Shown: positions 19,752 through 30,934, numbered from the stretch's first letter. The stretch is 64,000 nucleotides of DNA from an uncultured Verrucomicrobiae bacterium (GCA_963769025.1 CAVYKI010000010.1:160001-224000); one strand, 5' to 3'. Translations and numbers: made by a program. Notes: generated from the sequence alone by a model not told the origin.

Positions 19752-20437
19752 GTGAAAATATGCGGCGCCGCTTCGTCGAGGTGCAGATGGCGCTCGGCGG
19801 TCTCGTTCAGCGCGAGACGGACCTCGTGGAAACGCTCGCCCAGTTCCGCGAACACCGGCGAGAGTGCATTCCTCCGCGCCACCGGATGATCCGCGGCACT
19901 CTGGAAACTCGCCGCGCCGACATTCTCCAGGAAACCGATGCCCGGCCCGCCGCGGCGACTGCGGCTCTCGATGCGATCCTGGAAGACGCCGGAGATGAAG
20001 AGCGCGTAGTTCCCGATGTGCGCGCGCAGGAGAAACGCCTGCGACGAAGACGCCTTCTGCAACGCGAGCAGCAGGTCGCCCACGTATTGCTGCGTCCCCT
20101 CCCCTGCGCCGCCCGGTGCGCGCATCCGCTCGGTGCGCGAGAAGGTCTCCAGCAGCGAAGCGAGGTAGTCGCACGTCTCGCGGTTCACGATGCCGCGGTC
20201 CTTCAGCACGTGGCGGAGGAGGACGTAAAAGTAGCACTGCGGCGAAATGCGGAGCTGCGCGTCGCCCTGGAGCACGGCCTGGAACAGAGTCTCGCTGTCG
20301 AGGATGGCGTCGCGCATTTCGGCGTCCGTGAGCAGTTCCGCGAGCGTCGCCGTGTTGTTCCGGCCCGCGCCCAGCGTGCCGGCGATAAATTCGAAGTCCG
20401 AAGCCGTGAGGCGTTCCCGACAATTTGGAGTTATCAT
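19748..20437 (-). CDS. Conserved all-helical hypothetical protein
   Basis: MITPNCRERLT start; DYLASLL, IGNYALFISGVF, FAELGERF motifs; normal codon usage. Confidence 0.75.
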   Translation of the reverse strand: MITPNCRERLTASDFEFIAGTLGAGRNNTATLAELLTDAEMRDAILDSETLFQAVLQGDAQLRISPQCYFYVLLRHVLKDRGIVNRETCDYLASLLETFSRTERMRAPGGAGEGTQQYVGDLLLALQKASSSQAFLLRAHIGNYALFISGVFQDRIESRSRRGGPGIGFLENVGAASFQSAADHPVARRNALSPVFAELGERFHEVRLALNETAERHLHLDEAAPHIFT

Positions 20438-20452
20438 CGGAAGTGTGACGTT

Positions 20453-20468
20453 AGCATTTCGGATGCCA
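20453..20468 (-). promoter_or_regulatory. Putative sigma54 promoter
   Basis: TGGCATCCGAAATGCT (GG-N10-GC); the GC lies 16 nt upstream of the ATG at 20437. Confidence 0.6.
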
Positions 20469-20534
20469 TTCAATTTTCACATGCATTTCCCCCTGTAGAG
20501 CTGCCCACTGATTCGCGCGATCAGCCGTAGCGCG

Positions 20535-20550
20535 TGTGCGATTTCGCACA
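20535..20550. promoter_or_regulatory. Putative enhancer-binding-protein site (TGT-N10-ACA palindrome)
   Basis: TGTGCGATTTCGCACA, near-perfect palindrome about 100 bp upstream of the predicted sigma54 start. Confidence 0.5.
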
Positions 20551-20579
20551 GGCTGCACAAATTTCCCCGCGCAGAGAAA

Positions 20580-22970
20580 ATGTTGGCGATGGCGCGCGGT
20601 TCGCGGGATGCTCCGCCGGTGCGGCGCTTCCTGCAGATCCTATTCCTTCTCCTGCTGCTCACGGCAGGCATCGGCGGACGCTATCTGTACAACCGCGGCG
20701 TCACCAAATCGTGGCGCGAAGTGGTGATGCAGGAGGTGCGCAAGCACGGCGTCGAGGTCTCCTTCACCCGGCTCACGGTGCGGCCGTTCCGCGGGCTCGT
20801 GGCGAAGGACGTGAAGTTCTACGACTCGCCCGCGCGCACCCGCGTCGTCGCCCACATGAACGAGATGGTCATCGAGGCGAACTATGCGAACGCCGTGAAG
20901 CGCAAGCCCTTCCTCGACGCGCTGACGCTCGTGGACACCAGCCTGCGGATCCCCGTCGATCCGCAGAATCCCTACGGCCCCGAAATCCGCGTGGACAAGC
21001 TGAACGCCCGCATCCTTTTCCCGCCCGACCAGGTGCAGGTCACCCGGCTCGACGCGATGATGTTCGGCATCCGCGTCCGCGCCAATGGCAGCCTGCTCGT
21101 GCCGCCGGGCATCTCCTTTTCGCAGGAGAAAGGCGGCGCCAACACGGATGTCCTCTCCACCTTGGTGCGTGAGCTCGCCTCGCTGCAGTACGAAGGCCAG
21201 CCGCCGCTCCTCACGGTGCGATTCGGCGGCAATCTCGGGCGGCCGGAGGAGATCGTGGTCGAGGCGGAGCTCGACGCCGGACGGATTCGCCGCGGCCGCT
21301 ACTTGCTCACATCCCTTGCGGCTTCCGCGACCTGGCAGAACAACGTGCTGCTCCTTTCCCGCTTCGACGCCGCCGACGCGCGCGGCCGCCTCCAGGCTTC
21401 CGGCAGCTTCGCGCTGAAATCGCGCACCGCGGAACTCCGCATGCGCTCCGGGCTCGACCTCCCGGCGCTCCTCCGCTCCGCGAATGTCGGGGTTCTCGAC
21501 GACTTCACATTCGAATCCGTGCCGCAGCTCGATCTCACCGTGCATTCCGAACTCGGCGGAGGCGGCACCGCTCCAAAGGTGCATGCGCTCGGCCACGTGC
21601 AGGTCGGGAAATTCTCCTATGGCGGCGTGCCCTTCGCCTCGATGGGCGCCGACATCTCGTGGGATGGCCGGCGCTGGGCCCTGCGCGATTTTGCGCTGCG
21701 CCAGGAAAATGGCGGCGAACTCACCGGCAACGCGCAGCAGGACTACGACGCCGCGGGCAAGGGCGACTTCCGGCTCGCGCTCGCGAGCAGCATCTCGCCG
21801 GGTGCGCTCGCGCCGCTGCTGAAGCCGGAGGCCCGCGCAAAGCTCGCGCAGATGAAATTCCACGACGCCCCGCGCATCTCGCTGAGCGCACGCGGCTCCG
21901 CGCCGGGCCTCGACACGCTCTCGGCGAGCGGCGAACTGAGGCTCGGACACACCGTTTACCGCGGCGTCGAGGCGCGCGACGCCGAGGCCTCTTTCCGCTA
22001 CAACCGCCGTGTCCTTTCGCTCGACGCCTTCGAGGTGCATCGCGCGGAGGGCGGCGGAAAGGGCCGGCTCGTGTGCGATTTCAACACCAACCTCTGGCAC
22101 ATCCATGATGTGACCACGTCCATATTTCCCGCCGAAGTCGCGATGTGGATCGACACCGACCTCGTGCAGGACATCAAACCCTACCGCTTCGGAAAACGGC
22201 CGCCTCTGCTGCACATCGACGGGACCCTGGATCCCCGCAAGGGAGGCACAAACACGCGGCTCACGGTGAACGCCACGGCCCCCGGCGGGATGGAATACAC
22301 GTTCGCAAAAAAGGACCTCCACTTCGGCGAGATGAAAGGAAAACTCTTCTTCACCGACGAACGCCTGAAGCTGATTGACGTGCGCGGCGAACTCTTCGGC
22401 GGCACGATCGTCGGCGAAGGCGACGTCTCCATCGTGAAGGGGAAGCCGGGCCACACCGCCACGGTGCGCCTGATTGGGGCTGATTTCTCGAAGCTCGCGA
22501 AGCTCTACTTCGGCATCGACGACTCGAAGGGGAAACTGGATGGCACCTGCACGTTCAGCGGCAAAGGCGATGAGGCACGCGCGATCCGCGGCGACGGCGA
22601 GGTGTCGGTCACCGAGGGAAATGTCTTCGCGATCCCGTTCCTCGGCCCGTTCAGCGAAATCCTGAACAAGATCGTCCCCGGCATGGGCTACAGCCGCGCG
22701 CGCAAGGCGACCGCGGAATTTTCAATGGGCGACGGCATCGTCACCGCGAAGGAACTGGTCATCAAAGGCAACGGCTTTTCCATGTACGGCGACGGACGCA
22801 TCTGGATGATCGAGGACAAGATGGACTTCGACATCCGCATCAACGCCCAGGGCCTGCCGGGCGTGCTCCTTTTCCCTGTGAGCAAGCTGCTCGAATACCG
22901 CGCCAACTCGCGTTTCTCGAGCCCCGACTGGCGGCCCAAGGCGCTGCCGCGGTTCGGCGGCGACCGGTGA
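20580..22970 (+). CDS. AsmA-like (YhdP/TamB superfamily) envelope protein
   Basis: N-terminal TM anchor, long beta-strand-rich body, C-terminal AsmA-like region (GELFGG, G.GEVSVTEG, W.P). Confidence 0.7.
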   Translation: MLAMARGSRDAPPVRRFLQILFLLLLLTAGIGGRYLYNRGVTKSWREVVMQEVRKHGVEVSFTRLTVRPFRGLVAKDVKFYDSPARTRVVAHMNEMVIEANYANAVKRKPFLDALTLVDTSLRIPVDPQNPYGPEIRVDKLNARILFPPDQVQVTRLDAMMFGIRVRANGSLLVPPGISFSQEKGGANTDVLSTLVRELASLQYEGQPPLLTVRFGGNLGRPEEIVVEAELDAGRIRRGRYLLTSLAASATWQNNVLLLSRFDAADARGRLQASGSFALKSRTAELRMRSGLDLPALLRSANVGVLDDFTFESVPQLDLTVHSELGGGGTAPKVHALGHVQVGKFSYGGVPFASMGADISWDGRRWALRDFALRQENGGELTGNAQQDYDAAGKGDFRLALASSISPGALAPLLKPEARAKLAQMKFHDAPRISLSARGSAPGLDTLSASGELRLGHTVYRGVEARDAEASFRYNRRVLSLDAFEVHRAEGGGKGRLVCDFNTNLWHIHDVTTSIFPAEVAMWIDTDLVQDIKPYRFGKRPPLLHIDGTLDPRKGGTNTRLTVNATAPGGMEYTFAKKDLHFGEMKGKLFFTDERLKLIDVRGELFGGTIVGEGDVSIVKGKPGHTATVRLIGADFSKLAKLYFGIDDSKGKLDGTCTFSGKGDEARAIRGDGEVSVTEGNVFAIPFLGPFSEILNKIVPGMGYSRARKATAEFSMGDGIVTAKELVIKGNGFSMYGDGRIWMIEDKMDFDIRINAQGLPGVLLFPVSKLLEYRANSRFSSPDWRPKALPRFGGDR

Positions 22971-23018
22971 GTTTCCGGGACGTCCGTCCGCCGGCTCCGG
23001 GTTAAAATCCGACCCCAC

Positions 23019-24498
23019 TCACGCCTCTACGCCAGCAGCGGCTTGAGCACCTCGCCGTGGATGTCCGTGAGCCGGAAATCGCGGCCCTGGTAGCGGTAGG
23101 TGAGCCGCTCGTGGTTCGACGCCCAGGAGGTGCAGGATCGTCGCGTTCAGGTCGTGCACGTGCACCGGATCGCGGACGATGTTGTAGCAGTAGTCGTCGG
23201 TCTCGCCGTAGCGTGATGCCCGTCCTTCACGCCCGCGCCGGCCAGCAGCATGGTGAAGCAGCGCGGGTGGTGGTCGCGCCCGTAGTTCGTCTCGGTGAGC
23301 GTGCCCTGCGAGTAGATGGTGCGGCCGAATTCGCCGCCCCAGACGATGAGCGTGTCGTCGAGCAGCCCGCGCTGCTTGAGGTCGGTGATGCAGCGCCGCC
23401 GTCGGCTGATCGGTGTCGCGGCACTGGCCGCGGATCGCGTTCGGCAGGCCGCCGTGGTGGTCCCAGCCCATGTGGAAGAGCTGGACGAAGCGCACGTCGC
23501 GCTCGGCGAGCCGGCGGGCGAGCAGGCAGTTCGCGGCGTAGGTGCCGGGCGTCTTCACGTCGGGGCCGTACATGTCGAGGACGTGCTGCGGCTCCTTCGA
23601 GATGTCGGTCAGCTCCGGCACGCTCGCCTGCATGCGGAAGGCCATCTCGTATTGCGCGATGCGCGTCTGGATCTCCGGATCGCCGAGCGCGTCGAAGCGC
23701 TGCTGGTTGAGCGCGGCGAGTTCGTCGAGCGTCTCGCGGCGCGTCTCGCGATCCATGCCCGGCGGGATTGGAGAGGTAGAGCACCGGATCGCCCTTGTTG
23801 CGGAACTTCACGCCCTGATGCTTCGACGGCAGAAAGCCCGCGCTCCACAGCCGGTCGTAGAGCGGCTGGTCGTCCTTGCGCCCGCTGCCGAAGGACGTGA
23901 GCACGACATACGCGGGCAGGTCCTTGTTCTCGCTGCCGAGCCCGTAGCCGACCCACGAGCCGATGCTCGGCCGTCCCGCGAGCTGCGAGCCGGTCTGGCA
24001 GAACGTGATCGCCGGATCGTGGTTGATCGCCTCGGTGAACATCGAGCGGACGACGCACAGCTCATCCGCGACGCCCGCGATGTGCGGCATCAGCTCGCTG
24101 AGCCACGCGCCGCTCTTCCCGTGCTGCGCGAACTTGAAAATGCGACGGCGCGACCGGGAAACGTCTTCTGCCCGCGACGTCATCGTCGTCAGCCGCTGGC
24201 CCTTGCGGATCGACTCCGGCAAATCCTCGCCGCGGCGCTTCTCCAGCTGCGGCTTCGGATCGAAGAGATCCATCTGCGACGGCGCGCCGCGACTGGAAGA
24301 GGTAGATGATGCGCTTCGCCTTCGGCGCAAAATTTGGGAACGCCGGTTTCGTCGCGGCCATCAGCGACGGCCCTGAGCAGCGAGCCGAGCGCCGCGAGTC
24401 CGATGCCGCCCGCGGATTGCTGGAGAAACGTGCGGCGCGAAACCGCCATGCGCTGCGCGCGCGTCGAGGGACAGGAATGCGGGGTCGTTGCAGTTCAT
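23019..24498 (-). CDS. Second DUF1501 family protein, broken by many small frameshifts
   Basis: SRRTFL Tat motif; [56 protein letters not shown], spread over several frames. Confidence 0.85.
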
Positions 24499-24566
24499 GG
24501 GCACGGGGTGACTGGGACTACCGTGCGCCGCTCGCCGCCATTAGACAAAAGGAAATCTCACGGACT

Positions 24567-24625
24567 CTCAGGAAGGCATGAAGGCGCGAAAGCGGGCGCT
24601 TTTCATGCCTTCATGCCTTCCTGAG
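24567..24625. repeat. Palindromic element built from 9-nt units
   Basis: Perfect 19-bp inverted repeat CTCAGGAAGGCATGAAGGC / GCCTTCATGCCTTCCTGAG. Confidence 0.7.
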
Positions 24626-24686
24626 CGATTCTTGACTGCGAACCGGATAGGCACGGACAAAACCGCCTCGTCCCTCCAGTCCGCGA

Positions 24687-27600
24687 TCAGTTCCGCGTGA
24701 TGGTCTCGTCGAGGTTCAGGATCAGGTTGGCCACGAGCGTCCATGCGGCGAGTTCCGTCTCCGGGAGTCCGGCCTTCGGCTTGGATTCGCCGTTGTGGAT
24801 CACTTTCTTCGCCGCGTCGGGCGACTGCGCATATTCGGCGAGGAACTTTCCGAACGTCCCCTCCACAACCGTGATTTCCTCCTGCGTCGGCTTGCGCGAA
24901 AGCGCGACGCGGTAGGCGAACGTGATGCGCTCCGCCGGCGTCGCCCCGCCCTCGGTCATGATGCGCTCGGCAAAACCGCGCGCGGCCTCGAAGTGCTGCA
25001 CGTCATTCATCAGCTGCAGCGCCTGCAGCGGCGTGTTGCTGCGCTCGCGCACCGCGCAGGACTGCTCGCGGTTCGGCGCGTCGAAGTTCGTCATGAACGG
25101 CGGCGGCGCGGTGCGCTTGAGGAAGACGTAGAGGCTGCGGCGATAGAGCGCGGCGCCTTTGTCCTGCACGTAGTTCCGGGTGTTCGAACCGCCAAAGCCG
25201 ACCGGCTCCCAGATGTTCGGCGGCTGATACGGCTTCACGCCCTTGCCGCCCATTTCGAAATTCATCAGCCCGCTCACGAAGAGCGCGTCGTCGCGAAGCT
25301 GCTCGGCGTCGAGGCGGAAGCGCGGACCGCGCGCGTAGAGGCGGTTCTCGGGATCCCGTTGCACGAGCGCAGGCGTCGCGGCGGACGACTGGCGGAAAGT
25401 CGCGCTCGTGAGCATGAGGCGGATCATTTTCCGCGTGTCCCAGCCGCCCTCGCGGAAGGTCACGGCGAGCCAGTCGAGCAGTTCCGGATGACTCGGCACC
25501 GAGCCCTGCGAGCCGAAGTCGAAGCTCGTCTTCACGATGCCCGTGCCGAAGAACTGCTGCCAGAGCCGGTTCACGGTGACGCGCGCGGTGAGCGGGTGCT
25601 CGGGCGAGAGCAGCCAGTTCGCGAGGTCGAGCCGCGTGGCGCGTCCCTCGGGCGCCGCCTTTTTCAGCGGCGGGAAAATCGCGGGCGTCGCGGGCTCCAC
25701 CTTTTCGCCCGGCTTGTCGTACTGGCCGCGCATCATCACGAAGCTCTCGCGCGGCTTCTCGAGATCGTTCCAGATGAACGTGCTCGGGATGTTCTTCGCG
25801 AGGTCGTCCCGCTCCCGTTGCAGTGCGTCGCGCTCCTTCGCGAGCGCCGTAAAGGCACCCTTCGTCTCCGCGCACACGTTGGTGAGGTAGTAATCGCGGA
25901 GCTGCTTTTCCTGCTCGGGCTTGAGCTTCTTCGGCCCGTCCTTCAGCAGCTTGTTGATTTCCGCGGGAACGCCCGGCGTGTCCTTGCCCGCCGCGGGCTT
26001 CTGCCACGCGATGAACGACTGCGCGGGGTCGTTCGCCGGCGCGACGCGCGCGACCACGCCCATGTGATCGAAATACGCCGTGCCGCCGTGAAGCGTGAAC
26101 GCGACACCGGTGATTTTTTCGCCGGGCTTGATGTCAATCGCCGCGGCGTCCACCTCGAGCCGCGCCCATTTGCCGGGCTCCGGCAGCGCGCCCGCGCCAA
26201 AGCGCGTCGGAGTGTTCAGCTGCCCGTAGGGGATCACGTCGGGGTTGCCCCACACCGCGCGGTTTTCCCATTTGCCCGTGTGAAATTGGATCATCACGGC
26301 CTCCGGCGGATCGGCCGGATCGAGGTAGACTTGGAGGAAAAACTTCGCGCCCACCGGCGCCTCGAACGGTGCGGCACCGCCGCTGTAATAGTCCTGCGCG
26401 AGCCCGGCGGCGGAGCGTTTCAGCGCGCGCTTGCCGCTGAAGACCTGGCCATCCTCCGCGGTCACCCACTGCGTCGGCGGAGTGCCACCGTTGCTCTGCG
26501 CCTTGGCTCCCGCTGGAAAGTCGTCCTCGATCCAGACCGTCTCCGTCTCCTTCGCCGGCGGCAGCGGCTTCAGCGTCGCCGGGTCGGTGTAGGTCACCTC
26601 CTTCAGCTTCGCATTCATCTGCGCTCGCAGCGGCGCAATCTTCGCGTCGAGCTTCTTCATCTGCGCCTCCTGCGCGGGAGTCGCGAGCTGCAGGACCGGC
26701 TTCGTCAGCAGCACGTTGCCGTCCATCGCCGGGTCGGCATTCGACTGGAAGAACGAATACAGCGAGTAGAACTCCTTCGCCGAAATCGGGTCGAACTTGT
26801 GGTCGTGGCAGACCGCGCATCCGCCGGTGAGCCCCATCCACGTCTCGATCATCGTGCTCGTACGATCGACGGCGTAGCGATAGACATACTCCTCGGCGAT
26901 CGATCCGCCTTCGCTCGTCGTGACGTTGCAGCGGTTGAAGCCCGTGGCGATGAGCTGATCCTGCGTGGCGTTCGGGAGCAGATCGCCCGCGAGCTGCCAC
27001 GTGGTGAACTTGTCGAACGGCAGGTTCTCGTTGAACGCCCGCACGACCCAGTCGCGATAGGCCCACATCTGCCGCTCGTTGTCGAGATGCAGCCCGTGCG
27101 TGTCGCCGTAGCGCGCGACATCGAGCCAGTGCTTCGCCATTTCCTCGCCGTGGCGCGGCGAGGCAAAATAGCGATCGACCATCTTGCCGTACGCGTCGGG
27201 CGAGCTGTCGCCGAGGAAGGCGTCCACTTCCTTCAAGGTCGGCGGCAGCCCGGTGAGCGCGAACGCCACGCGGCGGATGAGCGTCTCGCGGTCGGCTTCC
27301 GGCGAAAACTTCAGCCCTTCGCGCTGCAAGCCGCTCGCCGATGAATGCATCGATCGGATTCAGCGCCGCACCATCCGCCACTGCCGGTACGGCGACCTTC
27401 GGCAGCTCGCCTTTCACCGGCGGCTCGAATGCCCAGTGCTTCTGATACTCGCCGCCTTCCTCGATCCAGCGTTTGATAAGCGCCTTCTGCGCGTCGGTCA
27501 GTTTCTTGTTCGAATCCGGCGGCGGCATCACCTCGTCCTCGTCCTTGCTCGAGATGCGCTTCCACGCCTCGCTCTTTGCCAGATCCCCCGGCGCGATGGC

Positions 27601-27819
27601 CTGCACACCCTCGATCACCGCGTGGGCACCCTCCGCCGTGTCGATCCTCAGGTCCGCCTTGCGGTGCTTCGCGTCCGTGCCGTGGCAGGCAAAACAGTTG
27701 TCCGAAAGAATCGGCCGGATGTCCCGGTTGAAGCGGAGCTTCCCGCCATCAGCCGCAGGCGCGGTGACGGGGATTCCTGCGAGCACGAGGGCGGCGATGA
27801 GAGGGATACGGCGTGTCAT
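24687..27819 (-). CDS. Second planctomycete cytochrome c + DUF1549 + DUF1553 protein, frameshift near 27330
   Basis: FNRDIRPILSDNCFACHG, HWAF.PP, NPIDAFI, then HWLDVARYGDT, CAVCHDHKFDP, PSHPELLDWLA, RERSNTPLQAL. Confidence 0.9.
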
Positions 27820-27921
27820 GGGAGATCGAAAACAGCATGTAGGTAATCCCCTTCCCGCGGCATTCAAAGCCATACATTACGGCGCGCCGGACGATGCGGC
27901 GGCAGGCGGTCCAAGCCGCCG

Positions 27922-28670
27922 TCAGCGCACGCGCCAGTCGCCCAAGCCGCTGGCGTAAATCATCGCGGCCGAAGTGATGCCGCCGCTTCCATTCATGTGC
28001 CATACGGCGATCTGGCCGTCGGTGTTTTGGAAGAGGAGATCGGCGTTGCCATCATCGTCCATGTCGGCAATGCCGGCGATTTTCCAGTCGCCGAGATCGC
28101 TGGAGGAGAGCAACGCGGACGAGGTCACGGCGCCGCTGCCGTCCATGTGCCACACGGCGATGTGGCCTGTGGTGTTTTGGAAGAGGATGTCGGCGTTGCC
28201 GTCGCCGTTCATGTCGGCGACGCCGGCGATCTTCCAGTCGCCCAGCTCGCTCGAGGAAATCATCGCCGACGTGCTGATGGTGCCGCTGCCGTCCATGTAC
28301 CACACGGCGATCTGGCCCGCGGTGTTCTGAAAGAGGAGGTCAGCGTTGCCGTCGCTGTTCATGTCGGCGATGCCGGCGATCTTCCAATCACCCAGATTGC
28401 TGGAGGAAATGAACGACGACGAGATCACGGCACCGCTGCCGTCCATGTACCACGCGGCGATCTGGCCCTCGGTGTTCTGGAAGATGATGTCGGCGTTGCC
28501 GTCGCTGTTCATGTCGGCGGCGCCGGTGATTTTCCAATCACCCAGACCGCCGGAGTACAGCAGCAGCGTCGAGATGACGGCGCCGCTCCCGTTCATGTAC
28601 CACGCGGCGATCTGGCCGGCGGCATTTTGGAAAAGGAGGTCGGCATTTCCGTCGCCGTCGAGATCCCGGG
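27922..28670. repeat. Coding tandem repeat, five units of exactly 150 nt
   Basis: Equivalent motif recurs at 27991, 28141, 28291, 28441 and 28591. Confidence 0.9.
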
Positions 28671-29494
28671 TGGCGGCCGGCTTCACGCGGACGCGGACGG
28701 AGTCCAGCGTCCAGTCGGGCGACAACTGCCCGGTCGGCGGGATACGTCATCCGGAGCGCGATGAAAGTCCCTTCGACGTGATCGAGCGAGCGGTTGGCCT
28801 CCGCCGTCGGCTGATCGGGCGTGGTGTGGAGCAGATCGTTCCGCGTGAGCGTCACGCGGCCCGGCGCTGCGTAGCACTCCAGCCGGCCCTCCTTGTTCCA
28901 CGAGATCCCCAAGGTCCACCAGCCCGCCGCCGGGATCCGCCCGATGGTGTAGTCCGGCGAGAAACCGTCGCCCACGCGCGCGATGAAGCACGGCCCCTCG
29001 TCGTCCGTCGCGACGTAGATGCCCGGCCAGTAATTGCCGCTGTTGTACGGGAGGTCCGCGTCGTAGGCCGTCACGCGCAGGCCGAACCATTCGCGGGCAC
29101 CCGCGGCATTCGTCCCGGCGGGCCATTGGTCGAAAGGCGGGAACCACACCTGCGCGACGATGCTCGGCCGTTCGGAGGCAGCCAGAGGGCGGCCGATTTG
29201 ATCCGCGTAAGTGCAGAGCATGTCCTCCGCGGAGGGATACGCGTCGTCGCCATTGTCCACCGAGCGCACGCTCAGAAGGCCATCGTGGATCGTGAGCACC
29301 TCGGGCATCCCGCGGAGGCCGGGCACCCAGATCGGCTTCAGCGTGTCGAACTCGTCCGAGATTTCCGCCACGACACGCCCGCCCGGCACCCCCGCCCGGC
29401 CCGCGGGGAGAAAAGTGAACGCGACCCCTTGCAGGAGCATCGCCATCCAGACCCACAGCCGGATGCAGCATCCTGAAAGGTCGCGCAGTCGCAT
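27922..29494 (-). CDS. Secreted protein: unknown N-terminal domain + five FG-GAP/VCBS-like repeats, frameshift near 28740
   Basis: Hydrophobic N-terminus; five D.(N/D).DGNAD(L/I)(L/I)FQN..G(Q/H)IA.W.M repeats; removing one C joins the two ORFs (TYPPTGQLSPDW). Confidence 0.75.
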
Positions 29495-29707
29495 GGCCGG
29501 AGGGGAAAAGGTTTCGGGCTGGCGGGATCGAGATTTCACCGGGGTGCTCGATCCACCGTGTGACCGCATCGCGGCGAACGGTCAATCCCCCTTCCGTGCC
29601 GCGCGTGGCAACCGGGCATGGGCTCGTGCATCGGAGGATCGCCCTTTTCCATTTACTCCACCGGCTGGGGCTATCATTTCTGAACGGAAAGACTCGCAAG
29701 GCCTGCC

Positions 29708-30934
29708 GTGCAAAAACTCGTCATCACCAAACCATACCGCTTCGTTCCGCCGCGCCACAATGCGCTGCTGTGGCGGCTCATCCGGTGGCGGTTGCCGGCG
29801 CAACTCCGGAAAGACTATGGCGTCACGTCGTGGGAGTGCACGGGATTGGAGCGGCTGCGCGCTTCGCTGGCTGCGGGGTCGAGCGTGCTGTTGGCGTCGA
29901 ATCATTCCCGGCCCTGCGACCCCCTGATGCTCGGGGTGTTCTCGGGCAAGGTCGGCAGGCCGTTTCACGTCATGACGAGCTGGCATCTGTTCGAGCAAAG
30001 CCGCGTGCAGGGATTCGTGTTTCCACGGATCGGCTGCTTCAGCGTCTATCGGGAAGGCACGGATCGCGAGTCGCTGAAATGTGCCGTCCGCGTGCTGGCC
30101 GAGGGGCGTTTTCCGCTGCTGATTTTCCCCGAAGGCATCGTCACGCGGAACAACGACCGCCTGCTGAATCTCATGGATGGCGTCTCGTTCATCGCCCGCT
30201 CCGCGGCGAAACAGCGGGCGGCCTCGGCGCGGCCGGGCAAGGTCGTCGTGCATCCGATTTTCGTCCGCTATTTCTTCGAGGGCGATCTCGCGGCGACCGT
30301 CGCGCCGGTGCTGCGGCATGTCGAAACGCGGCTGTCATTGCCGCCGCAGGAGGCGCTGCCGTTGCGCGAGCGCATCGTGAAAGCCGGACGCGGAATGCTC
30401 TCGCTCAAGGAAACCGAATACTTCGGCGCACCGCAGCCCGGCCGCATGCGGGAGCGGCTGCCCCGGCTGCTGGAGCGCGTATTCGAACCGCTCGATCGGG
30501 AATGGAACGGGGAACACCGCGAACCCGACACCATGGCGCGCATCAAGCGCCTGCGCTCGGCCATCCTGCCCGACATGGTGCGCGGCGGCCTCGCGGAGGC
30601 GGAGACGGCACGCCGCTGGAGGCAGCTCGCCGACCTCTACCTTGCGCAGCAATTGCACTGCTACTCGGCGGAATACCTCGACGGCACGCCATCGCCCGAG
30701 CGCCTGCTGGAGACGGTCGAGCGCTACGAGGAAGACCTCACCGACACCGCACGGCCGCACCCGCCGCTCCATGCCGTCATTTCCGTCGGCGAAGCCATCG
30801 AGGCGGCCCCGGTGCGGGATCGCAGCGTGGATAATGACCCCATCGCGGAGAAGCTGCGGCGCGGACTCGAAACCCTGCTCGAAGAAAGCAAATCCCGGCG
30901 GAGAATTCCGCGGCCTGCCGGCGAAATGTCATGA
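29708..30934 (+). CDS. PlsC-superfamily acyltransferase with long C-terminal helical extension
   Basis: NHSRPCD (HxxxxD), GCFSVYREG and LLIFPEG acyltransferase blocks. Confidence 0.85.
   Translation: MQKLVITKPYRFVPPRHNALLWRLIRWRLPAQLRKDYGVTSWECTGLERLRASLAAGSSVLLASNHSRPCDPLMLGVFSGKVGRPFHVMTSWHLFEQSRVQGFVFPRIGCFSVYREGTDRESLKCAVRVLAEGRFPLLIFPEGIVTRNNDRLLNLMDGVSFIARSAAKQRAASARPGKVVVHPIFVRYFFEGDLAATVAPVLRHVETRLSLPPQEALPLRERIVKAGRGMLSLKETEYFGAPQPGRMRERLPRLLERVFEPLDREWNGEHREPDTMARIKRLRSAILPDMVRGGLAEAETARRWRQLADLYLAQQLHCYSAEYLDGTPSPERLLETVERYEEDLTDTARPHPPLHAVISVGEAIEAAPVRDRSVDNDPIAEKLRRGLETLLEESKSRRRIPRPAGEMS

Noticed and set aside
24795..27344. Long antisense or alternate-frame ORFs (849 aa here, and many similar in the ORF track)
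   Set aside because: Shadow ORFs expected from high-GC codon bias opposite well-supported genes; no recognisable motifs
27922..28670. CRISPR array or DGR template/variable repeat
   Set aside because: Units are contiguous 150-nt coding repeats without unique spacers; no cas or reverse transcriptase genes
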